Positions 48,304 to 61,712 of a DNA stretch of 64,000 nt are shown here, in pieces; position 1 is the stretch's first letter; each line of letters starts with the position of its first letter. The stretch lies in contig NZ_CALROT020000004.1 in NCBI RefSeq assembly GCF_943369875.1, positions 101,765-165,764 on the forward strand. The letters run 5' to 3'. Position numbers and translations under genes: made by a program. A model generated the notes under the pieces. That model was given only the letters and a program-made list of their open reading frames with translations. It was not told the origin of the DNA and ran no database searches. The DNA comes from Vulcanococcus limneticus LL. Its GTDB lineage: Bacteria; Cyanobacteriota; Cyanobacteriia; PCC-6307; Cyanobiaceae.

Positions 48304-49661
48304 CCCCCAGCCCGCCGCCCGTGGCCGAGCGCTGCCGGCTGCTGCTGGAGCAGTGGCGGGGTGAGCTGGCGCTCACCGCCCGGGAGCGCTCGGTGCTGGC
48401 GCCGGAGTGGCAGGCCCTGGAGCGGCAGCTGGACGCCCTGGAGCGGCGCCTGCTGCGGGTGGCCGTGTTCGGGCGGGTGGGGGTGGGCAAGTCGAGCCTG
48501 CTCAACGCGCTGCTGGGGGAGGCCACCTTCGCCACGGACGTGGCCCACGGCTGCACCCGCCGCCAGCAGCGGGCCCGCTGGCCGGTGGCGGTCCCGGGCC
48601 TGGCGGCGGTGGAGCTGGTGGACACCCCCGGCATCGACGAGATCGCCGCCCGGGCCCGTCAGCGCCTGGCGGCCCGGGTGGCCCTCGGGGCCGATCTGGT
48701 GCTGCTGGTGCTCGATGGCGACCTGACCACGCCGGAGGCCGAGGCCCTGGAGCTGCTGCTGGCCAGCGGCAAGCCGCTGCTGCTGGTGCTGAACCGCATC
48801 GACTGCTGGCCCGAGGCGGAGCACGAGGCCCTGCTGGCCAGCATCCGTCGCCGCCTGCCGGCCGCGGCCCGCCACCTGGAGCTGCTGGCGGTGGCCTCGG
48901 CGCCCCGCCGGCCCGAGCTGCTGGCCGACGGGCGGGTGCGCAGCGTGGCCGGCGCCCCCCGGATCGAGCCCCTGCGGCGCCAGCTCACCGCCCTGCTGGA
49001 GAGCAGCGGCGAGCTGCTGCTGGGCCTCAATGCCCTGCGGGCCGCCGATCGCTTCCAGCAGAGCCTGCAGGCCTGGCGGCTGCGCCAGGGCCGGGCGGCG
49101 GCCCAGGGGCTGATCGGTCGCTTCGCCGCCCTCAAGGCCACGGGGGTGGCCGCCAACCCCCTGCTGCTGCTGGATCTGGCCGGCGGCCTGGCCCTCGACA
49201 CGGCCCTGGTGCTGCAGCTCTGCCAGCTCTACGGCCTGCCGATGGGCGGCGCCGGGGCCCGGGCGCTGCTGGTGCGGCTCTCGGCCCAGAACGCCCTGCT
49301 GGGGGGCGCTCAGCTGGGGATCCAGCTCGGGCTGGGGGCCATCCGCCAGCTGCTGCTGCTGGCGGCGCCCCTGAGCGGCGGCCTCAGCCTGGCGCCGGCG
49401 GCGCCGGTGGCCCTGGCCCAGGCGGCCCTGGCGGTGCACACCACCCGCCTCACCGGCCGGCTGGCCGCAGCGGAGCTGCTGCGGGGCGCGGGCCTGGGGG
49501 CGCGCCGACCGGCCTCGCTGCTGCGGCGCCTGGCCCGCCAGGACGGACGGGCCCGGGCCTGGCTGGAGCACTGGCCGGCCCCGGGGGAAACGGCCGGCGC
49601 CGGCGTTCGCGGCGGCCTGGCCAGCCCGGATGCCACGGCCCTGCAGGGGCTGCTGCCGTGA
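48300..49661 (+). CDS. GTP-binding protein with DUF697 (YcjF-like) domain
   Basis: GRVGVGKSS (G1), DTPG (G3), NRID (G4-like); C-terminal ANP...DL; ATGA overlap. Confidence 0.85.
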   Translation: MTPSPPPVAERCRLLLEQWRGELALTARERSVLAPEWQALERQLDALERRLLRVAVFGRVGVGKSSLLNALLGEATFATDVAHGCTRRQQRARWPVAVPGLAAVELVDTPGIDEIAARARQRLAARVALGADLVLLVLDGDLTTPEAEALELLLASGKPLLLVLNRIDCWPEAEHEALLASIRRRLPAAARHLELLAVASAPRRPELLADGRVRSVAGAPRIEPLRRQLTALLESSGELLLGLNALRAADRFQQSLQAWRLRQGRAAAQGLIGRFAALKATGVAANPLLLLDLAGGLALDTALVLQLCQLYGLPMGGAGARALLVRLSAQNALLGGAQLGIQLGLGAIRQLLLLAAPLSGGLSLAPAAPVALAQAALAVHTTRLTGRLAAAELLRGAGLGARRPASLLRRLARQDGRARAWLEHWPAPGETAGAGVRGGLASPDATALQGLLP

Positions 49662-50260
49662 GTCCGGCTGCCGCCGGGTCGGAGCGCCAGGGCCCCGTGG
49701 CCCTGTTCGGCACCAGCGCCGATCCCCCCAGCTGCGGCCACCGCAGCCTGCTGGCGGGCCTGGCCGCCACCTATCCGCTGGTGGCCACCTGGGCCAGCGA
49801 CAACCCCTTCAAGGCCCACGGCGCCCCGCTGGAGGTGCGGGCCCGGCTGCTGGGCGCGGTGGTGGCGGCCCTGAACCGGCCGGGCCTGCGGCTGGAGCAG
49901 GGGCTGAGCAGCCCCCGGGCGATCGAGACCCTGGAGCGGGCCGGGGCCCTCTGGCCGGGCCGGGAGCTGGTGTTCGTGGTGGGCAGCGACCTGGTGCCCC
50001 AGATCCCGCGCTGGGTTCGGGCCGCCGATCTGCTCGGCGGCTGCCGGCTGGCGGTGGTGCCACGCCAGGGCTGGCCCGTGGCCCCCGCCGACCTGCAGCC
50101 CCTGCGGGACCTGGGCGGCAGGGTGGAGCTGCTGCCGCTCTCGATTCCCGCCACGGCCAGCTCGGCGATCCGGCAGCGGGCCCGCCGCGACCAGGTGCCG
50201 GCTGAGCTATGGCCGGAGCTGATCCAGCACAATCTCTACGGCCTCGGCACCCCGCCCTGA
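49658..50260 (+). CDS. nadD: Nicotinate-nucleotide adenylyltransferase
   Basis: ALFGTSADPPSCGH, SDNPFK, FVVGSDL, ASSAIR; GTGA overlap. Confidence 0.92.
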   Translation: MSPAAAGSERQGPVALFGTSADPPSCGHRSLLAGLAATYPLVATWASDNPFKAHGAPLEVRARLLGAVVAALNRPGLRLEQGLSSPRAIETLERAGALWPGRELVFVVGSDLVPQIPRWVRAADLLGGCRLAVVPRQGWPVAPADLQPLRDLGGRVELLPLSIPATASSAIRQRARRDQVPAELWPELIQHNLYGLGTPP

Positions 50261-51957
50261 TGCGCCTCGCGCTCGCCCAGTGCAATCCCCTGGTGGGCGA
50301 CCTGCGCGGCAATGCCGAGCGGCTGCTGGAGGCCTGCGGGCGCGCCGCGGATGCCGGCGCCGAGCTGGTGCTGGCGCCGGAGCTGGCCCTGTGGGGCTAC
50401 CCGGCCCGGGACCTGCTGCTGCGCCCCGACCTGCGCCGCCTCCAGGACCAGCAGCTCGACCGCCTGGCGGCGCAGCTGCCGGCGGGCCTGGCCCTGCTGC
50501 TGGGGGTGAGTGAGCCGGTGCCGGGCCCGCAGCATCCCGACCTGTTCAACGCGGCGGCCCTGGTGGAGGGCAGCCAGTGGCGGATCGTGGCCCGCAAGCG
50601 GCTGCTGCCCAGCTACGACGTGTTCGACGAGCGGCGCTACTTCCGCCCCGCCGCCGAGCCCTGCCTGCTGGAGCTCGAGCGCGGCGGGCGCCGCTGGCGC
50701 CTGGGCCTCAGCCTCTGCGAGGACCTCTGGGTGGACGAGGACCTGCACGGCCACCGGCTCAGCGGCGGCGACCCGATCGGCGATCTGATCCCCCTGGCGC
50801 CGGACCTGCTGCTCAACCTCTCGGCCTCGCCCTTCGCCCAGGGCAAGGCCCAGCTGCGCCGGGACCTGGCGGCGGCGGCCGCCAACCGGCTGGGCTGTGC
50901 GGTGGTCTACGTGAACCAGGTGGGCGGCAACGACGAGCTGGTGTTCGACGGCGGCAGCTTCGTGAGCGCGCCCGGCGGGGCGGTGCTGCTGCAGCTGCCC
51001 TGGGCCGAGGAGGCCCTGGCCTGCTGGGACCTGACGGCCACCGCGGACCCCACCGGGATCCCTGCCGCCCCGATCCCCGGCAACGAGGCGCTGCTGCTGC
51101 GGGTTCTGGTGCTCGGGATCGCCGACTACGCCCGCAAGTGCGGCTTCCGGCGGGCCCTGCTGGGCCTGAGCGGCGGCATCGACTCGGCCCTGGTGGCGGT
51201 GCTGGCCGCCGCGGCCCTGGGGCCCGAGAACGTGCAGGGGCTGCTGATGCCCTCGCCCTGGAGTTCGGCCGGCTCCATCGACGACGCCCTGGCGCTGGCC
51301 GGGCGGCTCGGCCTGGCGACCCACACCCTGCCGATCGCGCCGCTGATGGCGGGGTTCGACACCGCCCTGGCGCCGGCCCTGGACGGGGCTCCAGCCGGCC
51401 TCACGGCGGAGAACCTGCAGTCGCGCATCCGCGGCACGCTGCTGATGGCGGTGGCCAACCAGCAGGGCCAGCTGCTGCTCTCCACCGGCAACAAGAGCGA
51501 GCTGGCGGTGGGCTACTGCACCCTCTACGGCGACATGAACGGCGGCCTGGCCGTGATCGGCGACCTCTACAAGACCACCGTGTTCCGCCTCTGCGCCTGG
51601 ATCGACTCACCCGAGGCCGGACCCAGCCGCGCCGCCCTGGGTCTTCCGGCCGAGGGGGAGCTGATCGGCCGCGCCATCCGCGAGAAGCCGCCCAGCGCCG
51701 AGCTGCGCCCGGACCAGCGCGACAGCGACTCCCTGCCCGACTACGCCGTGCTCGACCCCCTGCTCAAGGGCCTGATCGAGGAGCTGCGCAGCCTGGAGGA
51801 GCTGGTGGCCGGCGGCGCCGATCCGGCGCTGGCGGCGCGGGTGCAGGGCCTGCTGCGCCGGGCCGAGTTCAAGCGGCGCCAGGCGGCGCCCCTGCTCAAG
51901 GTGAGCGGGCGGGCCTTCGGCAGCGGCTGGCGCATGCCGATCGCCGCCGGCGCCTGA
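50260..51957 (+). CDS. nadE: Glutamine-dependent NAD+ synthetase
   Basis: PEL, RKRLLPSYDVFDE, LCEDLW (nitrilase E-K-C triad); GLSGGIDS, ENLQSRIRG, TGNKSE. Confidence 0.96.
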   Translation: MRLALAQCNPLVGDLRGNAERLLEACGRAADAGAELVLAPELALWGYPARDLLLRPDLRRLQDQQLDRLAAQLPAGLALLLGVSEPVPGPQHPDLFNAAALVEGSQWRIVARKRLLPSYDVFDERRYFRPAAEPCLLELERGGRRWRLGLSLCEDLWVDEDLHGHRLSGGDPIGDLIPLAPDLLLNLSASPFAQGKAQLRRDLAAAAANRLGCAVVYVNQVGGNDELVFDGGSFVSAPGGAVLLQLPWAEEALACWDLTATADPTGIPAAPIPGNEALLLRVLVLGIADYARKCGFRRALLGLSGGIDSALVAVLAAAALGPENVQGLLMPSPWSSAGSIDDALALAGRLGLATHTLPIAPLMAGFDTALAPALDGAPAGLTAENLQSRIRGTLLMAVANQQGQLLLSTGNKSELAVGYCTLYGDMNGGLAVIGDLYKTTVFRLCAWIDSPEAGPSRAALGLPAEGELIGRAIREKPPSAELRPDQRDSDSLPDYAVLDPLLKGLIEELRSLEELVAGGADPALAARVQGLLRRAEFKRRQAAPLLKVSGRAFGSGWRMPIAAGA

Positions 51958-52015
51958 ATCCCCGTGGCGGCCCCGCGGCGCCGTCGCCATCGTGGAGGCA
52001 TCCCTCCAGCTCCCT

Positions 52016-53155
52016 ATGGCCAGCGCCGGCCGCGTCGCCTCCATCGCCAGCATCGGCGTGCCCACGGAGATCAAGCGCGACGAGCAGCGCGTGGCCCTCA
52101 CCCCCGACGGGGTGAGGGAGCTGGTGAGCCACGGGCTGGAGGTGCGCATCCAGGCCGGCGCCGGCCAGGGGGCAGGCCTCGACGACGACGCCTTCGCCGC
52201 CGCCGGGGCCCGCCTCGTCGACCGGGAGGAGGCCTGGGCCGCGCACCTGGTGGTGAAGGTGAAGGAGCCCCAGCGCGAGGAGTTCGGCTTCCTGCGCGAC
52301 GACCTGGTGCTGTTCACCTACCTGCACCTGGCGGCCTATGCCGAGGTGGGCCGGGCCCTGCTGGAGGCCGGCACCACGGCCATCGCCTACGAGACCGTGC
52401 AGCTCGACGACGGCAGCCTGCCCCTGCTGGCGCCGATGAGCGAGATCGCCGGCCGGCTGGCGGCCCAGGTGGGCGCCCATCTGCTGGAGAAGCCCCACGG
52501 CGGGCGCGGCCTGCTGATCGGCGGCTGCAGCGGCGTGCGGCCGGCGCGGGTGGTGGTGATCGGGGCCGGCACGGTGGGCTGGAACGCGGCCCGCATCGCC
52601 GCCGCCATGGACGCGGAGGTGCTCCTGCTCGATCGCTCCCCCCAGAACCTGCGCCGGCTGGAGGCCCAGCGCCAGGGGCGCCTGACCAGCCTGGTGAGCA
52701 GCCGCGGCCTGATCGAGCGCCTGGTGCCCAGCGCCGACCTGCTGATCGGGGCCGTGCTGCTGCCGGGCGACCGGGCCCCGACCCTGGTGGAGGAGGCCCT
52801 GGTGGCGCAGATGAAGCCCGGCTCGGTGATCGTCGATGTGGCGATCGACCAGGGCGGCTGCATCGCCACCAGCCGCGAGACCACCCACACCGATCCGGTG
52901 GTGACGATCCACGGCGTGCAGCACTACGCCGTGGGCAACATGCCCGGCGCCGTGCCCTTCACCTCCACCGAGGCCCTGGTGAGCGTCACCCTTCCCTACA
53001 TCCTGGCGATCGCCGGCCGGGGCCTGGTGGAGGCCGTCACGGAGCGGCCCGAGCTGGTGTCGGGGCTGAACACGATCGACGGGGCGGTGTGCCATCCCGG
53101 CGTCGCCAAGGCCCTGGGGGTGCCCAACCGCCACCCGATGGCCTGCCTGCACTGA
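52016..53155 (+). CDS. ald: Alanine dehydrogenase
   Basis: GVPTEIK..EQRVALTP, VKVKEP, PLLAPMSEIAGR, GAGTVG, DVAIDQGGC, YAVGNMPGAVP. Confidence 0.96.
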   Translation: MASAGRVASIASIGVPTEIKRDEQRVALTPDGVRELVSHGLEVRIQAGAGQGAGLDDDAFAAAGARLVDREEAWAAHLVVKVKEPQREEFGFLRDDLVLFTYLHLAAYAEVGRALLEAGTTAIAYETVQLDDGSLPLLAPMSEIAGRLAAQVGAHLLEKPHGGRGLLIGGCSGVRPARVVVIGAGTVGWNAARIAAAMDAEVLLLDRSPQNLRRLEAQRQGRLTSLVSSRGLIERLVPSADLLIGAVLLPGDRAPTLVEEALVAQMKPGSVIVDVAIDQGGCIATSRETTHTDPVVTIHGVQHYAVGNMPGAVPFTSTEALVSVTLPYILAIAGRGLVEAVTERPELVSGLNTIDGAVCHPGVAKALGVPNRHPMACLH

Positions 53156-53584
53156 TCAGCCCGGGCCCGAATCCGAGAGGTCCAGGACCTTCAGGTAGAG
53201 CCACGGGCCGTCGGACCGATCACCCTCGCGGCCGAACAGCGAACACTCCCGCAGCACCCCCGCCTGGCCGCCCACGGCGTAGTGGGCTTCAAAGGTCACC
53301 GTGCCGGTGCGATCGGCGGGGCCTCCAGCCGTGGTGGCCAGGAGGCACAGCCGCTGCCAGCGCACCGCGCCGAGGCTGGCGGCCAGCTCCCGGCGGCGGC
53401 GGGCCAGCGGCTCGAGGGAGGGATGGGTGCGCAACAGATACTCCAGCTCCCCGAGGGCGTAGGCGCTGTAGCGGGAGCGCATCAGCTGCTCGGCCGTGGC
53501 CGCCGGTCGCGTGCCGCGGTGCAGGGGGCCGCAGCAGGCGCCGTAGCTGAGGCCCCCGCAGGGACAGGGCCGATCGAGCGCCAT
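53156..53584 (-). CDS. YchJ family protein (SEC-C motif)
   Basis: CPCGG..YGACC, TAEQLMRSRYSAY, VTFEAHY, E.S.F...G.WLY. Confidence 0.9.
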   Translation of the reverse strand: MALDRPCPCGGLSYGACCGPLHRGTRPAATAEQLMRSRYSAYALGELEYLLRTHPSLEPLARRRRELAASLGAVRWQRLCLLATTAGGPADRTGTVTFEAHYAVGGQAGVLRECSLFGREGDRSDGPWLYLKVLDLSDSGPG

Positions 53585-53596
53585 CACCCCTCCACC

Positions 53597-54718
53597 TCAG
53601 ACCAGCCGCGCCAGGGGGCGCCGCAGGGCGGCGGGATCGAGGCCCTCCCGCAGGGCCAGCACCAGGCCGGCGGCCTCCGCATAGCTGCCCGCCGGCAGCA
53701 CCTCCAGCCCCAGGGCTTCGGCCGACACATTCAGCACGCAGGGGTTGTGGACCGCAATCAGCGGGATACCCCGCTCGGCGCAGGCCAGCACCGCAGCCCC
53801 GCCCAGGGCCCCGGCGGGCGCCACCACGGCCCCCACATCCGCAACCCCGAGGAGATCCCCGCCGCTGCTGCGGGCCAGGGGCCGCTCCAGGGACGACGCG
53901 GGCGCCAGCGGCACCAGATCGGGCGCCCGGCTCAAGCCCACCAGCACGCAGGCCAGGAAGGTGTAGCCCAGCTCCTCACCGGCGGCCCGGGGATCCAGGG
54001 CCGGATTCAGGGGCAGCGGACTCAGGGCCGGGGCATGGGCACAGGGAATCCCCAGCTCCCGGCTGAGCAGATGGCTGATCACCGCCTCGGCCCCCGCCAG
54101 GGCATCCACGCCCGATCCCTGGCGATAGGCAGCGAGGGCCTCGCTGGCGGGGTCCTCCGGGAAGCGGGCCACCACGGCGATCGCCGTGGCCCCCGCCGCC
54201 TGCAGCCGCCGACCGGCGCGCAGCAGCGCCCCGGGCCGGCCCAGGCGGCCCCAGCTGGCGCCGCTGGCCCCGCTGGTCAGCGTGATCTCCAGCGGCTCGT
54301 CGGTGACCTGCACCGGCCCGATGCTGAGGCCCAGGCTGGCGCGACAGCCATCGGCCACCTGCAGGTGGCGGTGGCGCAGCTCGGCCTCGATGCCGGCATC
54401 GAGCAGCAGACCGACCCGTTGCCGCCGCACGGGCCGCAACGCCAGCTCCCCGGCCGCGAAGCGGTCGAGGGCCGAACCCTCCACGTAGTGGAGGCGTGGG
54501 TCGCTCCAGTAGAGGGCCGCCCCGTTCATCACGTTGGGGTGGGTGATCAGGCAGCCGCTGGCGGCCGCCAGCAGCCGGGCCGAGGGCAGGGCATCGCCCG
54601 CAAAGCCCCCGACCTCACAGCCGATGCCCGTGGGGATCACCAGCAGGGTGGGCAGGGGGGCACCCGGGGAACCCGCCGCGCCTGCGGCAGCGAGGGCCAA
54701 GCCAGGCTCGCGGCTCAT
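53597..54718 (-). CDS. DUF3326 domain protein
   Basis: IPTGIGC..GG.AGDA, THPNVMNGA, GVDALAGAEAVISH, HAPAL, AAGEELGYTFL.CVL.GL. Confidence 0.9.
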   Translation of the reverse strand: MSREPGLALAAAGAAGSPGAPLPTLLVIPTGIGCEVGGFAGDALPSARLLAAASGCLITHPNVMNGAALYWSDPRLHYVEGSALDRFAAGELALRPVRRQRVGLLLDAGIEAELRHRHLQVADGCRASLGLSIGPVQVTDEPLEITLTSGASGASWGRLGRPGALLRAGRRLQAAGATAIAVVARFPEDPASEALAAYRQGSGVDALAGAEAVISHLLSRELGIPCAHAPALSPLPLNPALDPRAAGEELGYTFLACVLVGLSRAPDLVPLAPASSLERPLARSSGGDLLGVADVGAVVAPAGALGGAAVLACAERGIPLIAVHNPCVLNVSAEALGLEVLPAGSYAEAAGLVLALREGLDPAALRRPLARLV

Positions 54719-55017
54719 CGCTGAAGCACCGCTTCGATGCGCAGCCGCGAGCCCTCAGGGCCGCCGCCAGCTCCGGGCTCCACAGCCGTGATCGCCCACC
54801 GCAGCAGGCGCCCCTGGGCCGCCAGGGCCGCCTGGATCTGCTCCAGCAGCGGACCGGGTCGCCGCACCAGCTCCAGCTCCACCGCCTCAAGCGCAAGGGA
54901 CCGAGACCCATCCGCCCCCCGCGGCAGGGACGACTGCCCCAACGAGACCAGGCCCCCAGGCTCCAGCTCCTGCGGGTCCAGGCCCTGCGGCTCAGAGCCG
55001 GGAGCCGATCCGCTCAC
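54715..55017 (-). CDS. Conserved hypothetical protein
   Basis: LLRWAITAVE...LRIEAVL; GTGA overlap with the ferredoxin stop and ATGA overlap with the DUF3326 start. Confidence 0.65.
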   Translation of the reverse strand: MSGSAPGSEPQGLDPQELEPGGLVSLGQSSLPRGADGSRSLALEAVELELVRRPGPLLEQIQAALAAQGRLLRWAITAVEPGAGGGPEGSRLRIEAVLQR

Positions 55018-55337
55018 TTCTGGTACTGACCGAACTGGGCCTCGTAGAGGGCGTCCTCCTGGCCGGCGATCAACTTCAGATCGCTGCGGGGGAAGGCCAC
55101 GCACAGCAGCGTGAACCCTTGCTCCTGCAGGTCGGCCTTCACGCCCATCGCGTCGGGTTGGTGGACGCTGCCCTCGGTCACCCGGGCGGCGCAGGTGGTG
55201 CACACCCCCGAACAGCAGGAGCTGGGCAGGGCGACCCCCGCCGCCTCGGCCGCCGCCAGCACGGTCTGGTCGGCGCGGCAGCTGAAGCTGTGCGACGTGC
55301 CGTTCAACTCGGCGACAACGGTGAAGCTCTCACTCAT
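55014..55337 (-). CDS. 2Fe-2S ferredoxin (minor paralogue)
   Basis: LPSSCCSGVCTTCAAR...LLCVAFPRSDL. Confidence 0.93.
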   Translation of the reverse strand: MSESFTVVAELNGTSHSFSCRADQTVLAAAEAAGVALPSSCCSGVCTTCAARVTEGSVHQPDAMGVKADLQEQGFTLLCVAFPRSDLKLIAGQEDALYEAQFGQYQK

Positions 55338-55513
55338 GGGAAGGGCCGCAGCTGCGGCGACTGGCCGGATCGGGACCATCTTCCCGGATCACGGAACTGG
55401 CACTTGCCGCCCCCTGGCGCCTGCCGGGCGGCGCTTCGCCGCGGGCGGAGGCGCGCTGCCCGGCAGGCGCCAGGGGGCGGACCAGGAGTGGGGGGTGGGG
55501 GTGGGGGGAGGTA

Positions 55514-56266
55514 TTAGCCGGGGGGGAGCTGGGTCCACTGGGCGGGGTGGGGGGCCAGGTATTCGGGGGGGGCGGGGGCGCCGGGGGGGGCCAGGGGGGC
55601 GGTGAGGGCCAGGTCGAAGGCGATGGAGAGGCGCACCTCGTCGTCGTCCTCGTTGGCGGTGACGGCGTGGTCGGTGGCGGAGGGGAAGAGCACCAGCAGG
55701 CCGGCCTGGGGCGCCACATCCAGCCAGGGGGCATTCCAGCGCTCAGTGCCGGGGTGATCGGCACGGATCGGGCCGCCATGGCCCACGGCCAGCCCGGGCA
55801 CCAGCTCATTGGCCTGGCGTTGGGGGAACAGCCGCAGGCAGCCGCTGCGGCCGCTGCCATCGCCGTTGAGGTAGTAGACGGCGCTGAGATGGGCATTGGG
55901 GTGGTGGTGGCGGCCCACCACCTGGCCCGCCTCGCTCACCACCGGCCAGGCCCGCTGGATGTGCAGCGCCACGGCGGACCGGTCAAAACCCAGGGCCTCC
56001 AGATAGGCCCAGGCCTGCTGCTGCACCTGCTGGCACAGGCCGGCAAAGGGCTCCAGCCGCTGCAACTGCCACACGCCGTTGATGTCGCCGGTCCAGGCGC
56101 AACCGGGCTCGGGGTTGCCCGTGGCCTGGCCGCGCAGCGCCAGCACCTCCTGCATCCACACCGCCGAATCCCAGGGGTCGGGCCGCAGCTGCACCCGGGC
56201 CAGCGCCAGCGGGAACAGCGGCTCCAGACCGAGGGAACCGGACGCGGACGGCGGCATCAACGACAT
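55514..56266 (-). CDS. Putative 2OG-Fe(II) oxygenase (TIGR02466-like)
   Basis: HHHPNAHLSAVYYL, LVLFPS...H.V, RLSIAFD. Confidence 0.82.
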   Translation of the reverse strand: MSLMPPSASGSLGLEPLFPLALARVQLRPDPWDSAVWMQEVLALRGQATGNPEPGCAWTGDINGVWQLQRLEPFAGLCQQVQQQAWAYLEALGFDRSAVALHIQRAWPVVSEAGQVVGRHHHPNAHLSAVYYLNGDGSGRSGCLRLFPQRQANELVPGLAVGHGGPIRADHPGTERWNAPWLDVAPQAGLLVLFPSATDHAVTANEDDDEVRLSIAFDLALTAPLAPPGAPAPPEYLAPHPAQWTQLPPG

Positions 56267-56268
56267 GC

Positions 56269-56300
56269 AAAAAAGGGGAGCCCCGTGGTGGGGCTCCCCT
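56269..56300 (-). terminator. Rho-independent terminator of the atp1 operon
   Basis: AAAAA-AGGGGAGCCCC-GTGGT-GGGGCTCCCCT on + strand. Confidence 0.85.
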
Positions 56301-56327
56301 CAGCCTGCCTGAAGCCAGAACGTGGCT

Positions 56328-57281
56328 TCAGCTCATCGCGGCCGCGCCGCCCACCACTTCCAGAATCTCCTGGGTAATGGCGGCCTGGCGGGCCTTGTTG
56401 TAGTCCAGCGTCAGCGACTTGGCGAGGGCCTTGGCGTTGTCGCTGGCGTTGTTCATGGCCGTCATGCGGCTGGCCAGCTCGGAAGCCGCAGCCTCCTGCA
56501 GCGAGCGCAGCAGCTGGTTCTGCAGATAGAGCGGCAGCAGCGCGTTGAGCAGCTGCTCGGGGCTCTGCTCGAACACGAAGTCCGACTGCAGGGTCGGGGC
56601 CACGTTCGCGATCTTGTCGACCTCCACGCCGAGACGACCGTCGCGGGTGGTGAGCCGGAAGATCTCGTCGTCGGGGGTGGCGATGCCCTGGGGATCGAGG
56701 GGCAGCAGGGTCTGGGACACCGGCTTGGAGCTCACCAGGTTGATGAACTTGGTGAAGATGATCTCGATCCGATCGGTGCTGCCGGAGAGGAACTCGGCGA
56801 GCACCTCGTTGGCGATCGCACCGGCTTCAGCGGCGTTGGGCACCTGCTCCAGGCCGGTGAAGGTGGCCCGGATCTTGTAAAGGTGGGCTCGGTTCTGGAA
56901 GTAGGTGATCGCCTTGCGGCCGATCAGCACCAGATCCACCGCGTAGCCCTGGCCTTTGAGCTCAGCAAAACGCTGCTCGGTGCGCTTGATGATGTTGGCG
57001 TTGTAGCCACCGCACAGACCCCGGTCGCCGGTGACGGCGAGCAGGGTGATATTGCGCAGGTCGCGATCCTCCAGCAGGGGAGCATCGGCATCTTCGAAGC
57101 GCAGCCGGGACTGGAGGTTCTCCAGCACCCGGGCCAGGCGATCGGCGAAGGGGCGGCTGCGCAGGACCTGTTCCTGGGCACGGCGCACCTTGGCGGCAGC
57201 CACCAGGCGCATGGCCTCGGTGATCTTGCGCGTGTTCTTGACCGAACTGATGCGGTCGCGGATGTCCTTGAGGTTCGCCAT
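56328..57281 (-). CDS. atpG: ATP synthase F1 gamma subunit (atpC in cyanobacterial nomenclature)
   Basis: [40 protein letters not shown]. Confidence 0.98.
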   Translation of the reverse strand: MANLKDIRDRISSVKNTRKITEAMRLVAAAKVRRAQEQVLRSRPFADRLARVLENLQSRLRFEDADAPLLEDRDLRNITLLAVTGDRGLCGGYNANIIKRTEQRFAELKGQGYAVDLVLIGRKAITYFQNRAHLYKIRATFTGLEQVPNAAEAGAIANEVLAEFLSGSTDRIEIIFTKFINLVSSKPVSQTLLPLDPQGIATPDDEIFRLTTRDGRLGVEVDKIANVAPTLQSDFVFEQSPEQLLNALLPLYLQNQLLRSLQEAAASELASRMTAMNNASDNAKALAKSLTLDYNKARQAAITQEILEVVGGAAAMS

Positions 57282-57293
57282 TACTCAGGATCC

Positions 57294-59411
<2,118 letters not shown>

Positions 59412-59412
<1 letters not shown>

Positions 59413-59930
59413 CAGGCGTTCCCCAGGTTTTGGATGGACTGGTTCAGCAGCTGGGCCTGGGCGTCGGCATCGAGCTTGCCGGGCAGGCTGGCCAGGGCCT
59501 TCTCGATGGCGAGGCGGGCCGCTTCACGCCGCAGCTGGGTGGTGACACGGGCGGCCTCGGCCTGGAGGTCGGCGGCGGAACCCTGCTTGAGGCGGGCCAT
59601 CTCCTCGATGGTGCGCTTCTCGTTCTCCAGGCGGATCGCCTGGGCACGGGCCTTGCCGTCGGCACGGATCTGCTCGGCCTTCTTCTGGGCCTCGGCCAGA
59701 CCCTGCTGGGCCTGGGCCAGAGCCTCGGTGGAGGCGGCCAGACGGGTCTCGGCGTCGGTCAGGTCGGTGAGAATCGCCGCACGCCGCCGCTCCAGAATGC
59801 CGCCCAGGAAATTGGGGAGGAATTTGTAGAGGGCGAAAATGACGATCGCCAGGTTGATGATGTTGGTCTCGAACGGATTCAGGTTCAGCCCGAATGCACC
59901 GTGCGCGGCCAGGATCGTGGGGAAGTTCAT
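59412..59930 (-). CDS. atpF: ATP synthase F0 subunit b
   Basis: [15 protein letters not shown] followed by coiled coil. Confidence 0.95.
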
Positions 59931-60388
59931 TTGGCGGCCAGCAGGCGGTCGACGATCAGGTCACCGAGCTTCTCGGCATCACCCTGGAGCTGCTTGAAGG
60001 CGCTCTCGCGCTCAGCATCAATCTCGCGGCGGGCCTGTTCGCGGGAGGCATTGGCATCCGCGGTGGCGGCGGCCAGGGCTTCGCGGTAGAGGCGGTCGCA
60101 GTCCTGCTCCGCGTCCTGAATCAGCTTCTGGGTGGCCAGGCGGGCCTCCTTCAGCTGGGCGGCGAGATCCGCTTCCAGACGCTCCACCTGGGCCAGCTTC
60201 TGCTTGGCCTCAGCACGGCTGGTGGTGATGTAGCCCTCGCGCTCCTCCACGACCCGACCAACGGGGCGGAAGAACAGGGCATTGAGAATGAAGGTGAGGA
60301 GCACCACCTGCACCGCCATCAGCGGCAGGGTGGCATCGAGGTCAAAGAGACCTCCCTCCGTTGCACCGAGCAGTAGCCAGCTGGTCAT
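59927..60388 (-). CDS. atpF2: ATP synthase F0 subunit b'
   Basis: [16 protein letters not shown]...FFRPV...ER. Confidence 0.95.
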   Translation of the reverse strand: MTSWLLLGATEGGLFDLDATLPLMAVQVVLLTFILNALFFRPVGRVVEEREGYITTSRAEAKQKLAQVERLEADLAAQLKEARLATQKLIQDAEQDCDRLYREALAAATADANASREQARREIDAERESAFKQLQGDAEKLGDLIVDRLLAAK

Positions 60389-60509
60389 GAGGCGGGGGTG
60401 CGGGCGGATGAAGCGGGCCGCGGAACGGCTTGGGAGCTGGGTGCGAGCGGTAGGAGCCAGGGGTCAGCCGCCAACCGGCGACCGAACCCCCGCTCACCTC
60501 CGTTCGCGA

Positions 60510-60917
<408 letters not shown>

Positions 60918-61646
60918 TCAGTGGTGGGATTCGTGCACCGCTTCGCCGATGTAGTAGGCGGCGAGGGTGGCGAAAATCAGGGCCTGGATGGCGCTGGTGA
61001 ACAGGCCGAGGAACATGGCCGGCAGGGGTACCACCAGGGGCACCAGGAAGGCCAGCACCGCCACCACCAGTTCGTCGGCAAGGATGTTGCCGAACAGACG
61101 GAAGGAGAGCGAGAGCGGCTTGGTGAAGTCCTCGACGATCTTGAAGGGAACCATGATCGGCGTGGGCTCCACGTAGTACTCGAAGTACCGGAAACCCTTG
61201 CGGCTCAGGCCGGCGTAGAAGTACGCCAGCGACACCAGCAGGGCCAGGGCCACGGTGGTGTTGATGTCGGCGGTGGGGGCACCGAGTTCACCGCTGGGCA
61301 GGTGAATCAGCTTCCAGGGCACCAGGGCGCCGCCCCAGTTGCTCACGAAGATGAACAGGAACAGGGTGCCGATGAACGGCAGCCAGTCGCGGTAGGCCTT
61401 CTCGCCGATCTGCTCGCGCGCCATGTCGCGGATGTAGTCCCAGAGGAACTCGAGCAGGTTCTGCACGCCGCGGGGGTCGCGCTCCAGCTTGCGGGTGCCG
61501 ACCACGACCAGGGCGAGCAGGGCGCCGATCACGACCCAGGAGCTCAGGAACACCTGACCGTGGATCTTGAGGTTCCCGAGCTGCCAATAGAGGTGTTGGC
61601 CCACCTCCAGTTCGGCAAAGGGAAGAGCGAGTGGCAAGGGAACCAT
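60918..61646 (-). CDS. atpB: ATP synthase F0 subunit a
   Basis: [31 protein letters not shown]. Confidence 0.98.
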   Translation of the reverse strand: MVPLPLALPFAELEVGQHLYWQLGNLKIHGQVFLSSWVVIGALLALVVVGTRKLERDPRGVQNLLEFLWDYIRDMAREQIGEKAYRDWLPFIGTLFLFIFVSNWGGALVPWKLIHLPSGELGAPTADINTTVALALLVSLAYFYAGLSRKGFRYFEYYVEPTPIMVPFKIVEDFTKPLSLSFRLFGNILADELVVAVLAFLVPLVVPLPAMFLGLFTSAIQALIFATLAAYYIGEAVHESHH

Positions 61647-61712
61647 CGGGCTGGAAGGGCGGTGTCGCGCGGGCGACGGGTGGGAATGGGGGCCGGCGGA
61701 GCCAGGGGCGGC

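Noticed and set aside
55480-55610. G-rich tract near the end of the 2OG-Fe(II) oxygenase gene
   Set aside because: Mostly explained by Pro codons (CCC) of the - strand protein C-terminus.
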